This document shows positions 9,494 to 18,810 of a stretch of DNA of 37,817 nt, one piece after another (positions within the stretch are counted from its first letter, which is position 1; every line of letters begins with the position of its first letter). The notes beneath the pieces are model-generated. The model ran no database searches, was not told the DNA's origin, and saw only the letters and a program-made list of their open reading frames with translations. The stretch is taken from contig JAFDMG010000016.1 in NCBI GenBank assembly GCA_019306045.1, positions 1-37,817 of the forward strand, given 5' to 3'. The translations under genes were made by a program, and so were the position numbers. Source of the stretch: Deltaproteobacteria bacterium (GTDB taxonomy: Bacteria > Desulfobacterota > Anaeroferrophillalia > Anaeroferrophillales > Anaeroferrophillaceae).

Positions 9494-10876
9494 ATGAAGA
9501 AAAAGGGCAAAACCTTCTTTTCCTGCTCATCCTGCGGCTACCAGTCGCCGAAATGGCTCGGCAAATGCCCGGCCTGCAACTCCTGGAACACTTTCGTGGA
9601 AGAGGAGTCGACGCCGGCGGCCGCGGAGCACCCGATTCCGGAACTGGCGGCCCTGCGGCGGGAGGCGGCGGCGCCGGTGCCGCTGGCGGCCATCGAAAGC
9701 ACCCCACCTCTCCAGGGACAGACCGGCATCGCCGAATTCGACCGGGTATTGGGCGGCGGCATCGTCCCCGGTTCCGCCACCCTGATCGGCGGCGACCCCG
9801 GGATCGGCAAGTCCACCCTGCTGCTCCAGGTGCTCGGCAACCTGGCCGCCGCCGGCCGGCAGGTGCTTTACGTCACCGGGGAGGAATCCCCCGGCCAGGT
9901 CAAGCTGCGCAGCGAGCGGCTGCAGATCGACAGCCCCGGCCTTTTCCTGCTGGCGGAGACCGAGGTCGGCCGGATCATCGGTCACGCCCTCGAACTGCGC
10001 CCGGCGGTGCTGGTCATTGATTCCATCCAGACCATCCGCACGCCGGAAAGCAGTTCCCTGCCCGGCTCGGTCACCCAGATCCGCCAGGCAGCCACCCACC
10101 TGATCAACCTGGCCAAGACCGCCGCCATCCCCCTGTTTCTCATCGGCCACGTCACCAAGGAGGGAGCGATCGCCGGCCCCCGGGTGCTGGAGCACATGGT
10201 GGATACGGTGCTCTACTTCGAATCGGGCACCCAGCACCCCTACCGCATCCTGCGGGCGGTGAAAAACCGCTTCGGCTCCACCAACGAGATCGGCGTTTTC
10301 GCCATGACCGGCAGCGGCCTCCACGGCGTCGACAACCCCTCCAACCTCTTTCTGGCGGAGCGGCCGGCCACCATGGCCGGCTCCCTGGTCACCGCCACCA
10401 TGGAAGGCACCCGGCCGATCCTCACTGAAATCCAGGCCCTGGTCTCGCCCTCCCCGAGCACCGGCATCCCGCGGCGCACGGTGATCGGCATCGACCGGGG
10501 GCGGGCTTCCCTGATGATCGCCATCCTGGAAAAACACCTCAACCTGAAACTGGCGGACAAGGATATTTTCCTCAACGTCATCGGCGGCCTGAAAATCGTC
10601 GAACCGGCCATCGACCTGGGACTGGTGGCCGCCATCATTTCCAGCTACCTCGACCGCCCCATCCCGGCGGCCACCATGGTGCTGGGGGAAGTGGGGCTGA
10701 CCGGCGAGCTGCGGCGGACAAGCTTCCTGGAACAACGGCTGCAGGAAGCGGTAAAATTTGCTTTCGACCGGCTGATTATTCCTCAAAACAACCTGGAAAC
10801 GGCCGAAAGGAAAACCATGGCCATCCGGGAGATCAGCAACATCAAGGAGCTGCCGGCCATCCTGTTTCAGCCATAA
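9494..10876 (+). CDS. radA: DNA repair protein RadA/Sms
   Basis: 460 aa with an N-terminal zinc finger (CSSCGYQSPKWLGKCPACNSWNT), Walker A (GDPGIGKSTLLLQ), the KNRFG motif and a Lon-like C-terminal domain. Confidence 0.95.
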   Translation: MKKKGKTFFSCSSCGYQSPKWLGKCPACNSWNTFVEEESTPAAAEHPIPELAALRREAAAPVPLAAIESTPPLQGQTGIAEFDRVLGGGIVPGSATLIGGDPGIGKSTLLLQVLGNLAAAGRQVLYVTGEESPGQVKLRSERLQIDSPGLFLLAETEVGRIIGHALELRPAVLVIDSIQTIRTPESSSLPGSVTQIRQAATHLINLAKTAAIPLFLIGHVTKEGAIAGPRVLEHMVDTVLYFESGTQHPYRILRAVKNRFGSTNEIGVFAMTGSGLHGVDNPSNLFLAERPATMAGSLVTATMEGTRPILTEIQALVSPSPSTGIPRRTVIGIDRGRASLMIAILEKHLNLKLADKDIFLNVIGGLKIVEPAIDLGLVAAIISSYLDRPIPAATMVLGEVGLTGELRRTSFLEQRLQEAVKFAFDRLIIPQNNLETAERKTMAIREISNIKELPAILFQP

Positions 10877-10889
10877 AAACCGAACCGCG

Positions 10890-12572
10890 ATGAAACTTGC
10901 GACATTGTTCAAAACCGCCGTCCTGCTGCTCGGGACCGGCAGCCTCTGGCCTGGCGGGGTCCTCCCGGCCGGCGCCGCCGGACCGCCGCCGCTGATCGGC
11001 GCCCAGATCTCCTACCTGGAACCGGCAACCCCGGCCGCCCGGCAGGCGATGTTCGTTCGCCTGCGGCAAAGCGGCTTCAACACGGTGATTTTCCGGGTTT
11101 TCCACAACCGGGGCGACCGCTACCATTACCCGGCCACCCGGACGGCCGGCCGCGAGGGGGTCTATTTCCGGACCTCCCGGGCCCCGGTAATCGCCGACCT
11201 GCTGCCGACCGTCTGCCGGCAGGCCCACCGGGCCGGCCTGCGGGTCTTCGCCTGGATGACCACCCTGCGGGCCAACTACGGCCACCGGCAGCTGCCGACC
11301 GTCTGCCGCTACGACCCCGAAAAAAAGGTTTTCCAGACCACCGCCATTCTCGACCCGGCGGCCCCCGCCAGCCGGCGCTTCCTCGTCGACCTTTACCGGG
11401 ACCTGGCCGCCAACCCCATTGACGGCATCCTTTTCCAGGACGACCTGATCCTCAGACACACGGAAGGCTTTCACTGCCGGCCGGCCGCCGGCGGCGATCC
11501 CGACCCGCGGAATTTTTACCGGCTGACCCGCGAGGACGGCCAAACGACAGTGGCCTACCGGCCGGCGTTCTGGGCCTGGACCGCCAGGAAAAGCGCCGCC
11601 CTCCAGGGACTGGCCGACGAAATCATTGCTGCCTGCCGCCGGCGCCGGCCGGGGCTGCTTTTCGCCCAGAACGTCAACTACGAGGTGCTGCTGAAACCGC
11701 CGTCCGGGCGGGCCTGGTTTGCCCAGGACCGGGAAAAGCTGCTGGCTTCGGCTACCGACTACTTCTTTGTCATGGCCTACCAGCAACAGATCGGGGAAGA
11801 ACTGGGAATCGGGAAGGAAAGGGACGTGGATCTGGTTTTAAGCCGCCTTTTCCGGGCCGGCAACCGCTTGACCAGCGGCAACAAACGGGTGGTTTTCAAG
11901 CTGCAGACCTTGAACTGGCACGACAGCCGCCCGGAAAGCGGCCGGCGGATGGCCGGCCTTCTGCGGCTGCTGCGCCAGAGCGGCCGGCGGTCGGTCATCC
12001 TGATGCCTTACAACCGCAACCTGTTTGCCCGGCAGATCAACCAGTTCGCCGGCACCGGCCGGCGGCCGGGCGGTACCGGCAACCGGCGCTCATCCGGCCT
12101 CGGGGCCGGCGGCGCAGCGCCGGACGATCTCCGCCAGCAGCCGGCTGGTGGAAAAGGAACCGACGAACGGCAGGCTGTAAACCCGGCCGCCCCGGGCTTC
12201 CACCAGCTCACGGCCGACAATGGCCGCCGGCTGCCAGTCGCCGCCTTTGACGAGGATGTCCGGCTCGAGGGCGGCAATCACCCGTTCGGGGTCGGGATCG
12301 TCGAAAATGGTGACGTAGTCCACCGCCCGCAGACCGGCCAGCATGCGGGCGCGGACTTCCTGGCCGAGGATCGGCCGCGGCTCGCCCTTCAGCCGCCGGA
12401 CGGAGGCATCCGAGTTGACGGCCACCACCAGGAGGTCGCCCAGCTCCCGGGCCTGTTCCAGGTAGGTGAGATGACCCGGGTGCAGCAGGTCGAAACAGCC
12501 ATTGGTGAAGACGATCTTTTTGCCGGCCCGGGCCGCCGCCCGCAGACGGGGACGCAGCTCGGCCAGCGTTAA
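10890..12572 (+). CDS. Secreted PgaB-C-terminal-like (GH153-like) polysaccharide hydrolase family protein; 3' end uncertain
   Basis: It has an N-terminal signal peptide and a TIM-barrel-like region with ...[11 protein letters not shown]... and ...[14 protein letters not shown]..., resembling the PgaB C-terminal domain. The family-like sequence ends near ...[17 protein letters not shown] (about 12050). The rest of the ORF is Arg/Gly-rich antisense read-through of the rfaE-like gene. Confidence 0.45.
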   Translation: MKLATLFKTAVLLLGTGSLWPGGVLPAGAAGPPPLIGAQISYLEPATPAARQAMFVRLRQSGFNTVIFRVFHNRGDRYHYPATRTAGREGVYFRTSRAPVIADLLPTVCRQAHRAGLRVFAWMTTLRANYGHRQLPTVCRYDPEKKVFQTTAILDPAAPASRRFLVDLYRDLAANPIDGILFQDDLILRHTEGFHCRPAAGGDPDPRNFYRLTREDGQTTVAYRPAFWAWTARKSAALQGLADEIIAACRRRRPGLLFAQNVNYEVLLKPPSGRAWFAQDREKLLASATDYFFVMAYQQQIGEELGIGKERDVDLVLSRLFRAGNRLTSGNKRVVFKLQTLNWHDSRPESGRRMAGLLRLLRQSGRRSVILMPYNRNLFARQINQFAGTGRRPGGTGNRRSSGLGAGGAAPDDLRQQPAGGKGTDERQAVNPAAPGFHQLTADNGRRLPVAAFDEDVRLEGGNHPFGVGIVENGDVVHRPQTGQHAGADFLAEDRPRLALQPPDGGIRVDGHHQEVAQLPGLFQVGEMTRVQQVETAIGEDDLFAGPGRRPQTGTQLGQR

Positions 12573-12608
12573 AATTCTTTCTTCGCTGGAAAGCATTTTT
12601 TCCTTCAA
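12090..12608 (-). CDS. D-glycero-beta-D-manno-heptose 1-phosphate adenylyltransferase (RfaE domain II / HldC-like cytidylyltransferase)
   Basis: 172 aa with [45 protein letters not shown], the nucleotidyltransferase HxGH motif. Confidence 0.85.
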   Translation of the reverse strand: MKEKMLSSEERILTLAELRPRLRAAARAGKKIVFTNGCFDLLHPGHLTYLEQARELGDLLVVAVNSDASVRRLKGEPRPILGQEVRARMLAGLRAVDYVTIFDDPDPERVIAALEPDILVKGGDWQPAAIVGRELVEARGGRVYSLPFVGSFSTSRLLAEIVRRCAAGPEAG

Positions 12609-12648
12609 TCTTTGGAAAAATTTTCGAAAAAGAAACTTATGGAACTGG

Positions 12649-13664
12649 AAAACAAATACATCCTGGCCGTCGATGACGAGGAAGACATCCGGGAGATCAT
12701 CGCCGAAACCCTGGAAACCACCGGCTACCGCTGCCAGACTGCCGCCGACGGCAGCGAGGCCATTGAAATCATCAACCGGGACGCCGAACAGATTGCCGCC
12801 GTCATCTGCGACCTGAAAATGCCGCAGGTTTCAGGAGACCAGGTAGTCCAGTTCATCGCCAGCAACCACCCGATCATCCCGGTCATCATTCTCACCGGCT
12901 TTGCCCAGCTGGACATGGCCCTGGACCACATCCGCCTGGGGGCTTTCGACTACCTGACCAAGCCGTTCAAGGTCAAGGAGCTGCTGCTGACCCTCAGGCG
13001 GGCGCTGGAATACCGGCAGCTGAAGGAGGAGCAGGCCAAGTACCACGAGTTCCTGGAAGCCAAGATCAAGGAAGTGACCGCCGAGCTGAACAACAGCGTC
13101 ATCCAGTCGGTGGGCGCCCTGATCATGGCCATCGAGGAGAAAGACGTCTACACCCGCGGGCACTCCCACCGGGTGGCCCTCTACTCCTCCCTGCTGGCCC
13201 GGACCATGAACCTGACCCAGGACGAAAAGAAGGACCTGGAATATGCCGCCCTGCTGCACGACGTCGGCAAGATCGGCATCAGCGAATACATCCTCAACAA
13301 GCCGGGGAAGCTCGACAACGTCGAGTACGAAATCATCAAGAGCCACCCCAGCAAGGGAGTGAAAATCCTCGAGCCGATGAGCTTTCTGCAGCACCTGCTG
13401 CCCACCATCGAGGCCCACCACGAACGCTTCGACGGCCGGGGCTATCCCAACGGCCTGGCCGGGGAGCAGATCCCGCCGCTGGCCCGCATCATCGCCGTCT
13501 GCGACTCCTACGATGCCATGACCTCCGAGAGATCCTACCGCCAGCCTCTGGCCCGGGAAGCCGCCCTGACCGAGATCAAGAAGTGCGCCGGCAGCCAGTT
13601 CGATCCCGAAGTGGTCAAGGCCTTCGTCATGACCTACGACGAGATCCTGGCCACCATTCCCTGA
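12649..13664 (+). CDS. Response regulator with HD-GYP output domain (putative c-di-GMP phosphodiesterase)
   Basis: The REC domain ([12 protein letters not shown]...ICDLKMP...) is followed by an HD-GYP domain (HSHRV...[10 protein letters not shown]...[14 protein letters not shown]). The ATG at 12649 is preferred over the TTG at 12612. Confidence 0.85.
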
Positions 13665-13676
13665 AAACCGCGCCGG

Positions 13677-14531
13677 CTAATACCACTCTCCCTCATCGGC
13701 ATACTGCCGCTGGAACTCGCCCAGCTGCCGCCGAACCTCCAGGAACCGCTGCTTCATCCCCTGGAGCCAGGCCACGTGCCGGCGCGCCTGTTCCGGGGTC
13801 ATGAAGATGCTCTCCGCCGGCGGCTGCATCTCGGGCCGGAGCCGGCCGTCCGCCAGCTGCAAACGTCCCTGGCTTTGACAGACGGCACACTGCACCTGAT
13901 CGCCGCCCAGCAGCTGGAAGGTGTCGGCACCGCACTGGTTGCAGCACCACTCCCTGATCGCCCGCGGCCGGCCGGCAAACAGGCACTCGCCCAGCCGCCG
14001 CACCCGTTCCTGCTGCTCCGGCCGCTGCCAGAGGCATTCACCGGGGAGGGCGCCGTAGAAAACTTCCGAGGCCACCAGCTGCAGACCCAGGATGGCGGTA
14101 AAGCTGTTGAGCGCCATTTCGGCGTAGCCGGCACCGTTTTCCAGGCCCATGGTAACCACGTTGATTGCCGGCTTGCGGTGCAGATCGACCCCGCCGCCGT
14201 ACAGCTGCAGGCAACGGTCAAGGAACATCTTCAGGCTGCCGTTCTGGCCGAGAAAATAGGCGGGCGAGGCGATGATGACGGCGTCGGCGGCTTCCAGCTG
14301 TTCCCTGACGGCGACGAAATCATCGTCGAGGGGGCAGTTGCCTTCCTCGAGGCAGGCGTAGCAGCCCCGGCACGGCCTGATTTTTTTCCGGGGCAGGCTG
14401 ACAAGGCGCAGCTCGTGCGGCTCGGGGATCTGGCGGCAGATCTCCTTGACGATGATCTCGCAGTTGCCCAGCTTCCGGGGCGAACCCAGCAGGCCCAGGA
14501 TGACTTTCTTTTCCTGATCGGTTGTGGACAT
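13677..14531 (-). CDS. Isf-type iron-sulfur flavoprotein (flavodoxin-like FMN reductase fold) with a C-terminal zinc-ribbon-like extension
   Basis: The N-terminal region KKVILGLLGSPRKLGNCE... is followed by a compact CxxCxxCx5C motif (CRGCYACLEEGNC). The C-terminal ~100 aa carry CCNQCG...x14...CAVCQ. The start MSTTDQ at 14531 is preferred. Confidence 0.75.
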   Translation of the reverse strand: MSTTDQEKKVILGLLGSPRKLGNCEIIVKEICRQIPEPHELRLVSLPRKKIRPCRGCYACLEEGNCPLDDDFVAVREQLEAADAVIIASPAYFLGQNGSLKMFLDRCLQLYGGGVDLHRKPAINVVTMGLENGAGYAEMALNSFTAILGLQLVASEVFYGALPGECLWQRPEQQERVRRLGECLFAGRPRAIREWCCNQCGADTFQLLGGDQVQCAVCQSQGRLQLADGRLRPEMQPPAESIFMTPEQARRHVAWLQGMKQRFLEVRRQLGEFQRQYADEGEWY

Positions 14532-14626
14532 GATTTTGACCTCCGGTAAAAATTCTGTTATTTTTAGGTCAACGACCGGCAAAAGTCAATAAATCTATCA
14601 GCAGCCGTCACCGGCCGGAAAAAGCC

Positions 14627-15160
14627 ATGTCAACGCCAGCAAACCGCGACCAACGCCTGGAACTGTGCCGGGGGGACATCACCCGCTGCCGGGTGGATGC
14701 CATTGTCAACGCCGCCAACCAGACCCTCCTGGGCGGCGGCGGCGTCGACGGCGCCATTCACCGGGCCGCAGGGCCGGAACTGCTGGCCGAGTGCCGCCGC
14801 CTGCAGGGCTGCCGCACCGGGGAAGCGAAAATAACCCGGGGCTACCGCCTGCCGGCCAGCTACGTCATTCACACCGTCGGCCCGGTCTGGCACGGCGGCA
14901 ACCAGGGGGAAAAAGAGCTGCTGCAGGCTTGCTATCGCCATTCCCTGCTGCTGGCGGCCGAGCATCGCCTGACCAGCATCGCCTTTCCGGCCATCAGCAC
15001 CGGCGTCTACCGTTTTCCCCCCTCCCTGGCGGCCGAGCTGGCCCTCGAGGCCGTCAGGGACACCCTGCCCCGCACCCCGACCATCACCCGCGTGATTTTT
15101 GTCTGTTTCAACGCCGAAACCTACCGCATCTATGAACGGCTGCTGGCCGACTGCCGTTGA
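14627..15160 (+). CDS. Macro domain protein (O-acetyl-ADP-ribose deacetylase / ADP-ribose binding, YmdB/MacroD-like)
   Basis: 177 aa with GDITRCRVDAIVNAANQTLLGGGGVDGAIHRAAG and SIAFPAISTGVYRFP motifs. Confidence 0.85.
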   Translation: MSTPANRDQRLELCRGDITRCRVDAIVNAANQTLLGGGGVDGAIHRAAGPELLAECRRLQGCRTGEAKITRGYRLPASYVIHTVGPVWHGGNQGEKELLQACYRHSLLLAAEHRLTSIAFPAISTGVYRFPPSLAAELALEAVRDTLPRTPTITRVIFVCFNAETYRIYERLLADCR

Positions 15161-15604
15161 CCAGCCGCTGTTTCCCGCTCCCAACCGCCGCCGGGTGTTT
15201 CCCGGGCGGGCTGTGCCGGGGAGCAACCACCGCCCGCCTGTGAACAACCTGTGGATAACTCCTGAACCCCTGACAATTACTGGCCAAATTCCCGGCGTCG
15301 CGCAACCTTCTGTTATCATTAGATAATTAATTTTTGCCTTTTATTTCAATAACTTAAGAAACAACTGCCATTTAGAATGCCATTCTTGAACCAGTATCGG
15401 CAAAATTTGTCCTAGCCCAGCGATTTTGTTGATAACTTCCGCTAAGGCGAGCAATGAACTAGGTTTTATCCCGGCGGCCGCACCACGATATTCATTGACA
15501 AACAGGGAGCACTCTGCTAGCGAATTCAGGTTTAGATTCGCGGGCAGCCGCTTTCGCGGCGGCCGCCAGACGAGGGGAAAGGAAACCATGGCCAGGGGAA
15601 AAAC

Positions 15605-16399
15605 GTGACCATCATCAAAGCCATGCTTCTCGGCGTCATCCAGGGACTGACCGAATTTTTGCCGGTCAGCAGTTCCGGCCATCTGGTCATCGCCCAGCAC
15701 CTGCTGCCCGGCTTCAGCCAGCCGGGAGTCGCTTTCGACGTCACCCTGCATCTGGCCACTTTGCTGGCGGTGGTCATCTTCTTTCAGCGGGAGATTCGCC
15801 AGCTGCTTAGCGGCGTTTTCACCACCGCGGCCACCGACGCCGACCGCCGCCAGCGCCATCTCCTGTTGCTGCTGATTATCGGCACCATCCCCACCGGCAT
15901 CATCGGGGTAGCCGGCAAGAAAATTTTCATCTCCCTGTTTGAAAACCTCACGGTGGTGGGGATCATGCTCCTGGTGACCGCCGCCCTCCTGCTGCTGGCC
16001 GACCGGGTGCGGCACAACGAAAAAACCATTTTCCAGACCGGCTGGCCGGCGGCGGCGGTTGTCGGCGTCGTCCAGGGACTGGCCATCATCCCCGGCATTT
16101 CCCGCTCCGGGTCCACCATTGCCGCCGGCATGCTGCTGGGCGTCCGGGGCCAGGATGCCGCCCGCTTCTCCTTTCTGCTTTCGATTCCGGCCATCCTCGG
16201 GGCCGTCGTCCTCAGCCTGCCGGACATGGCCCTGGTAGACGGCGGCAGTCTGCCCGCCTACCTGGCCGGCGGGCTGGCGGCCTTTTTCACCGGCCTGGCC
16301 TCCCTGAAGATGCTGCTGGCGGTCATCAACAAGCACCAGTTGAAAATGTTTGCCTGGTACTGCCTGGCGGTTGGCGCCCTGACCCTGATCTGCCGGTAG
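15605..16399 (+). CDS. uppP: Undecaprenyl-diphosphate phosphatase
   Basis: 264 aa with a GTG start. The BacA/UppP signatures GLTEFLPVSSSGHL and PGISRSGSTI are present. Confidence 0.9.
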   Translation: MTIIKAMLLGVIQGLTEFLPVSSSGHLVIAQHLLPGFSQPGVAFDVTLHLATLLAVVIFFQREIRQLLSGVFTTAATDADRRQRHLLLLLIIGTIPTGIIGVAGKKIFISLFENLTVVGIMLLVTAALLLLADRVRHNEKTIFQTGWPAAAVVGVVQGLAIIPGISRSGSTIAAGMLLGVRGQDAARFSFLLSIPAILGAVVLSLPDMALVDGGSLPAYLAGGLAAFFTGLASLKMLLAVINKHQLKMFAWYCLAVGALTLICR

Positions 16400-16402
16400 C
16401 CG

Positions 16403-17035
16403 ATGCGGGAAATTCTCCTCAGCCTGGTGAAAACCATCGTCGCCGTGGTCGGCAAACTCGGCTACCCGGGAATCATCTTCATGATGTTCCTGGAAAGTTC
16501 CTTTTTCCCCTTTCCCAGCGAAGTGGTGATCCCCCCGGCCGGCTACCTGGCCAGCAGCGGGCGGCTGAATCTTTTCCTGGTCATCGCCTGCGGCATCGCC
16601 GGCAGCCTTCTCGGCGCCCTGTTCAACTATTGGCTGGCGGTCAGACTGGGGCGGCCGGCCATCCTGCGCCTGGGCCGCTGTTTCGGCCTCACGGAAGCCG
16701 GCTTCACCCGGGTGGAAAAATTTTTCCTGCACCACGGCAGCTTCAGCACCTTCATCGGCCGCCTGGTTCCCGGTGTCCGGCAGTACATCTCCTTTCCCGC
16801 CGGGCTGGCCCGGATGCCTTTGGCCCCCTTCATCCTCTACACCGGCCTCGGCGCCGGCATCTGGATTGTCATCCTCGCCCTGATCGGCTACCTGGTGGGC
16901 AACAACCAGGAACTGGTTCAGCGCTACTCCCACCAGGCCTTCATCTACCTGCTGCCGCTGCTCGTTCTGGCAACGGCGATCTACTGCTGGCGTCACTGGC
17001 GGCAGCAGAAAGACAAAAAAAAGGCGGGCCGTTAA
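16403..17035 (+). CDS. DedA family inner-membrane protein
   Basis: 210 aa with a DedA/SNARE-associated signature (FLESSFFPFPSEVVIPPAGY..., ...GRLVPGVRQYISFPAG). It starts 3 nt after the uppP stop. Confidence 0.85.
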   Translation: MREILLSLVKTIVAVVGKLGYPGIIFMMFLESSFFPFPSEVVIPPAGYLASSGRLNLFLVIACGIAGSLLGALFNYWLAVRLGRPAILRLGRCFGLTEAGFTRVEKFFLHHGSFSTFIGRLVPGVRQYISFPAGLARMPLAPFILYTGLGAGIWIVILALIGYLVGNNQELVQRYSHQAFIYLLPLLVLATAIYCWRHWRQQKDKKKAGR

Positions 17036-17050
17036 CAACGGCGTTCCGCC
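17015..17050 (-). terminator. Rho-independent terminator downstream of the MtfA-like gene; left copy of an imperfect direct repeat
   Basis: A8 run plus hairpin ggcgg-gccgtt-aac-aacggc-gtt-ccgcc, which on the minus strand reads as stem-loop followed by U8. It overlaps the last codons of dedA (KKKAGR*). About 29/35 positions match 19125-19158. Confidence 0.5.
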
Positions 17051-17115
17051 ACGCTGCCGGCGCGCCCAACGGTCATTTTCAATCTCGCACGGCAGCCTTC
17101 ACCATCATCGTTCCC

Positions 17116-17922
17116 TCAACCACCATGACTGTCCTTTCGCCGGCGCCTTTCCCGCTCCGCGGTGTCCTGCTGATAAAATGCCGCCATAACCGCGTATAAA
17201 GCCTGATGCGTTTCTTGCATTTTTACCGGCTGGTCGAAAAAAAGCTCGGTAGCCACGGCAAAAAATTCAGCTTCATTGGTCGCCCCATAGGGATCAAAAA
17301 AAGTTTTTTCGCCCGCTTTCAGTTGCCGGCGCAAGGCTAAAAATTCCGCCGTAAAGACCTCGGCCCACTGCCGGTATTGTTCCCGGCTGTGCAGTTCCGG
17401 GGTGCCGTCCGCCCGGCCATCCAGCATATCCAGATAATGGGCAAACTCATGATAGACAACGTTATGCCCCCTTTCAGGATGACGCGACTCTTTTTTCACC
17501 TCATCCCAAACAAGAATTACTGGACCGTTTAAAAACGCCTGGCCGGCAATTGGAATTGCCGGCCGCTCAAGAAGTGGACTTTGGGTAAACACCCCGGCTT
17601 TTGGCGGCGGCACCACTACCGTTGAAGGATATACCAGGATCGTTGCCAGCCGGCGATAAAGATCATGGGGCAGGCCAAGAATCAACATACAGGCGTCGGC
17701 GGCAATAACGACCCGGATTTCATCCACGATTTCCAGGCCATTACAGCCAATAAACTTTTTTTCGCCGACAAACACCTGGAGCAACTGTTCCAGATGGTGT
17801 TTTTCCTCAGCGTTCAAAAAAGAATAATGCTTGACCTCTGCCGCCAGAATCGCTCTCCACTCAGGTGGAAACGGTTCCGCCAGGATTTTTTTCCGTCGAT
17901 ACTCCCTTAACCAATGATACAT
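17116..17922 (-). CDS. MtfA-like zinc-dependent peptidase (M90 family)
   Basis: It has a HEFAH zincin motif within ...RGHNVVYHEFAHYLDMLDG..., and ...YGATNEAEFFAVATELFF is typical of the MtfA family. The start MYHWLREY at 17922 is preferred over 18006. Confidence 0.7.
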   Translation of the reverse strand: MYHWLREYRRKKILAEPFPPEWRAILAAEVKHYSFLNAEEKHHLEQLLQVFVGEKKFIGCNGLEIVDEIRVVIAADACMLILGLPHDLYRRLATILVYPSTVVVPPPKAGVFTQSPLLERPAIPIAGQAFLNGPVILVWDEVKKESRHPERGHNVVYHEFAHYLDMLDGRADGTPELHSREQYRQWAEVFTAEFLALRRQLKAGEKTFFDPYGATNEAEFFAVATELFFDQPVKMQETHQALYAVMAAFYQQDTAERERRRRKDSHGG

Positions 17923-18022
17923 TTGCTGACATCCTTGATGAAGGCGAATAAAACTGCGCACCGGTTTTGCCGCCCCCTGCAGGCTTGCCGCCGGACAGTT
18001 TAACACCGCTGACGATCACTTT

Positions 18023-18577
18023 TCAGCCGCCCTTTTTACTCCTCAGGTAAAGCCAGCGGGTCGCGGCATAAAAAATCACGGCAAACAAAATGACATTGAG
18101 ATGCTTCTGGATTATCCCCAACAGGGCGACGAAATCATCCCCGAAACAGTAGCCGAGGGTGGTGAAAGTTGCCGCCCAGAGAACAACCCCGATGAAATCA
18201 AAAAGTAAAAATCTCCAGACGGGAAAATCGGAAGCACCAACCAGCAGCAGGGCAGGGATGTGGGTACCGAAGACAAAGCGTTCAAAAACGAGAACCCAGC
18301 CGCCGTAACGTAAAAGCCACAGCCTGATGTGGGCTAATCGCTGGCGGTAATGCTGCAGCCAGTGTTCAGCCCTGGCCTTGAAAACTCGTCCGGTGATAAA
18401 AACACTGATATCACCGATCGAAGCCCCCAGAATGGCGACCAGGAGAATATATTCGTAACGGAACTGGCCGCTTTTGGTCAGGGAACCGGCCAGGGCCAGC
18501 CCCACTTCACCTTCAAAAATACTCCAGATAAAAAGCAGCGGGTAGTTGTAACAATCCTTGATAAAATGTAGCAGCAC
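18023..18577 (-). CDS. DedA family membrane protein (second paralogue)
   Basis: 184 aa with ...FIWSIFEGEVGLALAG... and ...ERFVFGTHIPALLLVG..., a DedA-type pattern. Confidence 0.75.
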   Translation of the reverse strand: MLLHFIKDCYNYPLLFIWSIFEGEVGLALAGSLTKSGQFRYEYILLVAILGASIGDISVFITGRVFKARAEHWLQHYRQRLAHIRLWLLRYGGWVLVFERFVFGTHIPALLLVGASDFPVWRFLLFDFIGVVLWAATFTTLGYCFGDDFVALLGIIQKHLNVILFAVIFYAATRWLYLRSKKGG

Positions 18578-18636
18578 TTTTTAATACCATTACGGATGCC
18601 GGGAAAACCATCCGGAGCCAAAGTTTTTGTCAGCAG

Positions 18637-18810
18637 TCAAACTGCTCCCGGCATGAATACCGGCCGCAACTGACGGGGCAACATCAGCCCGGCAATGGAG
18701 AGAGCAAAGCCGAGAACGGAAAAGATACCGCCCCCGACCATGCAGCCAACCCCGATGGCAGCCAGTTCCTGCAGCCCTAGCTTATCGCTTTTTGCCGGCG
18801 TCGCAGTCAT
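18637..18810 (-). pseudogene. N-terminal fragment (57 aa) of an APC-superfamily amino-acid permease
   Basis: Hand translation gives MTATPAKSDKLGLQELAAIGVGCMVGGGIFSVLGFALSIAGLMLPRQLRPVFMPGAV*. The LGL-EL-AIGVG-MVGGGIFS stretch matches the first TM region of APC permeases, and the rest of the roughly 450-aa protein is absent. The ORF is below the ORF-track length cutoff. Confidence 0.5.

Noticed and set aside
15250-15258. Perfect DnaA box TTATCCACA next to an A/T-rich stretch, considered as a possible replication origin.
   Set aside because: Only one perfect and one near-perfect box were found. There is no dnaA/dnaN context, and a single 9-mer match is within chance expectation for a window of this size. 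It is kept only as a low-interest regulatory observation.
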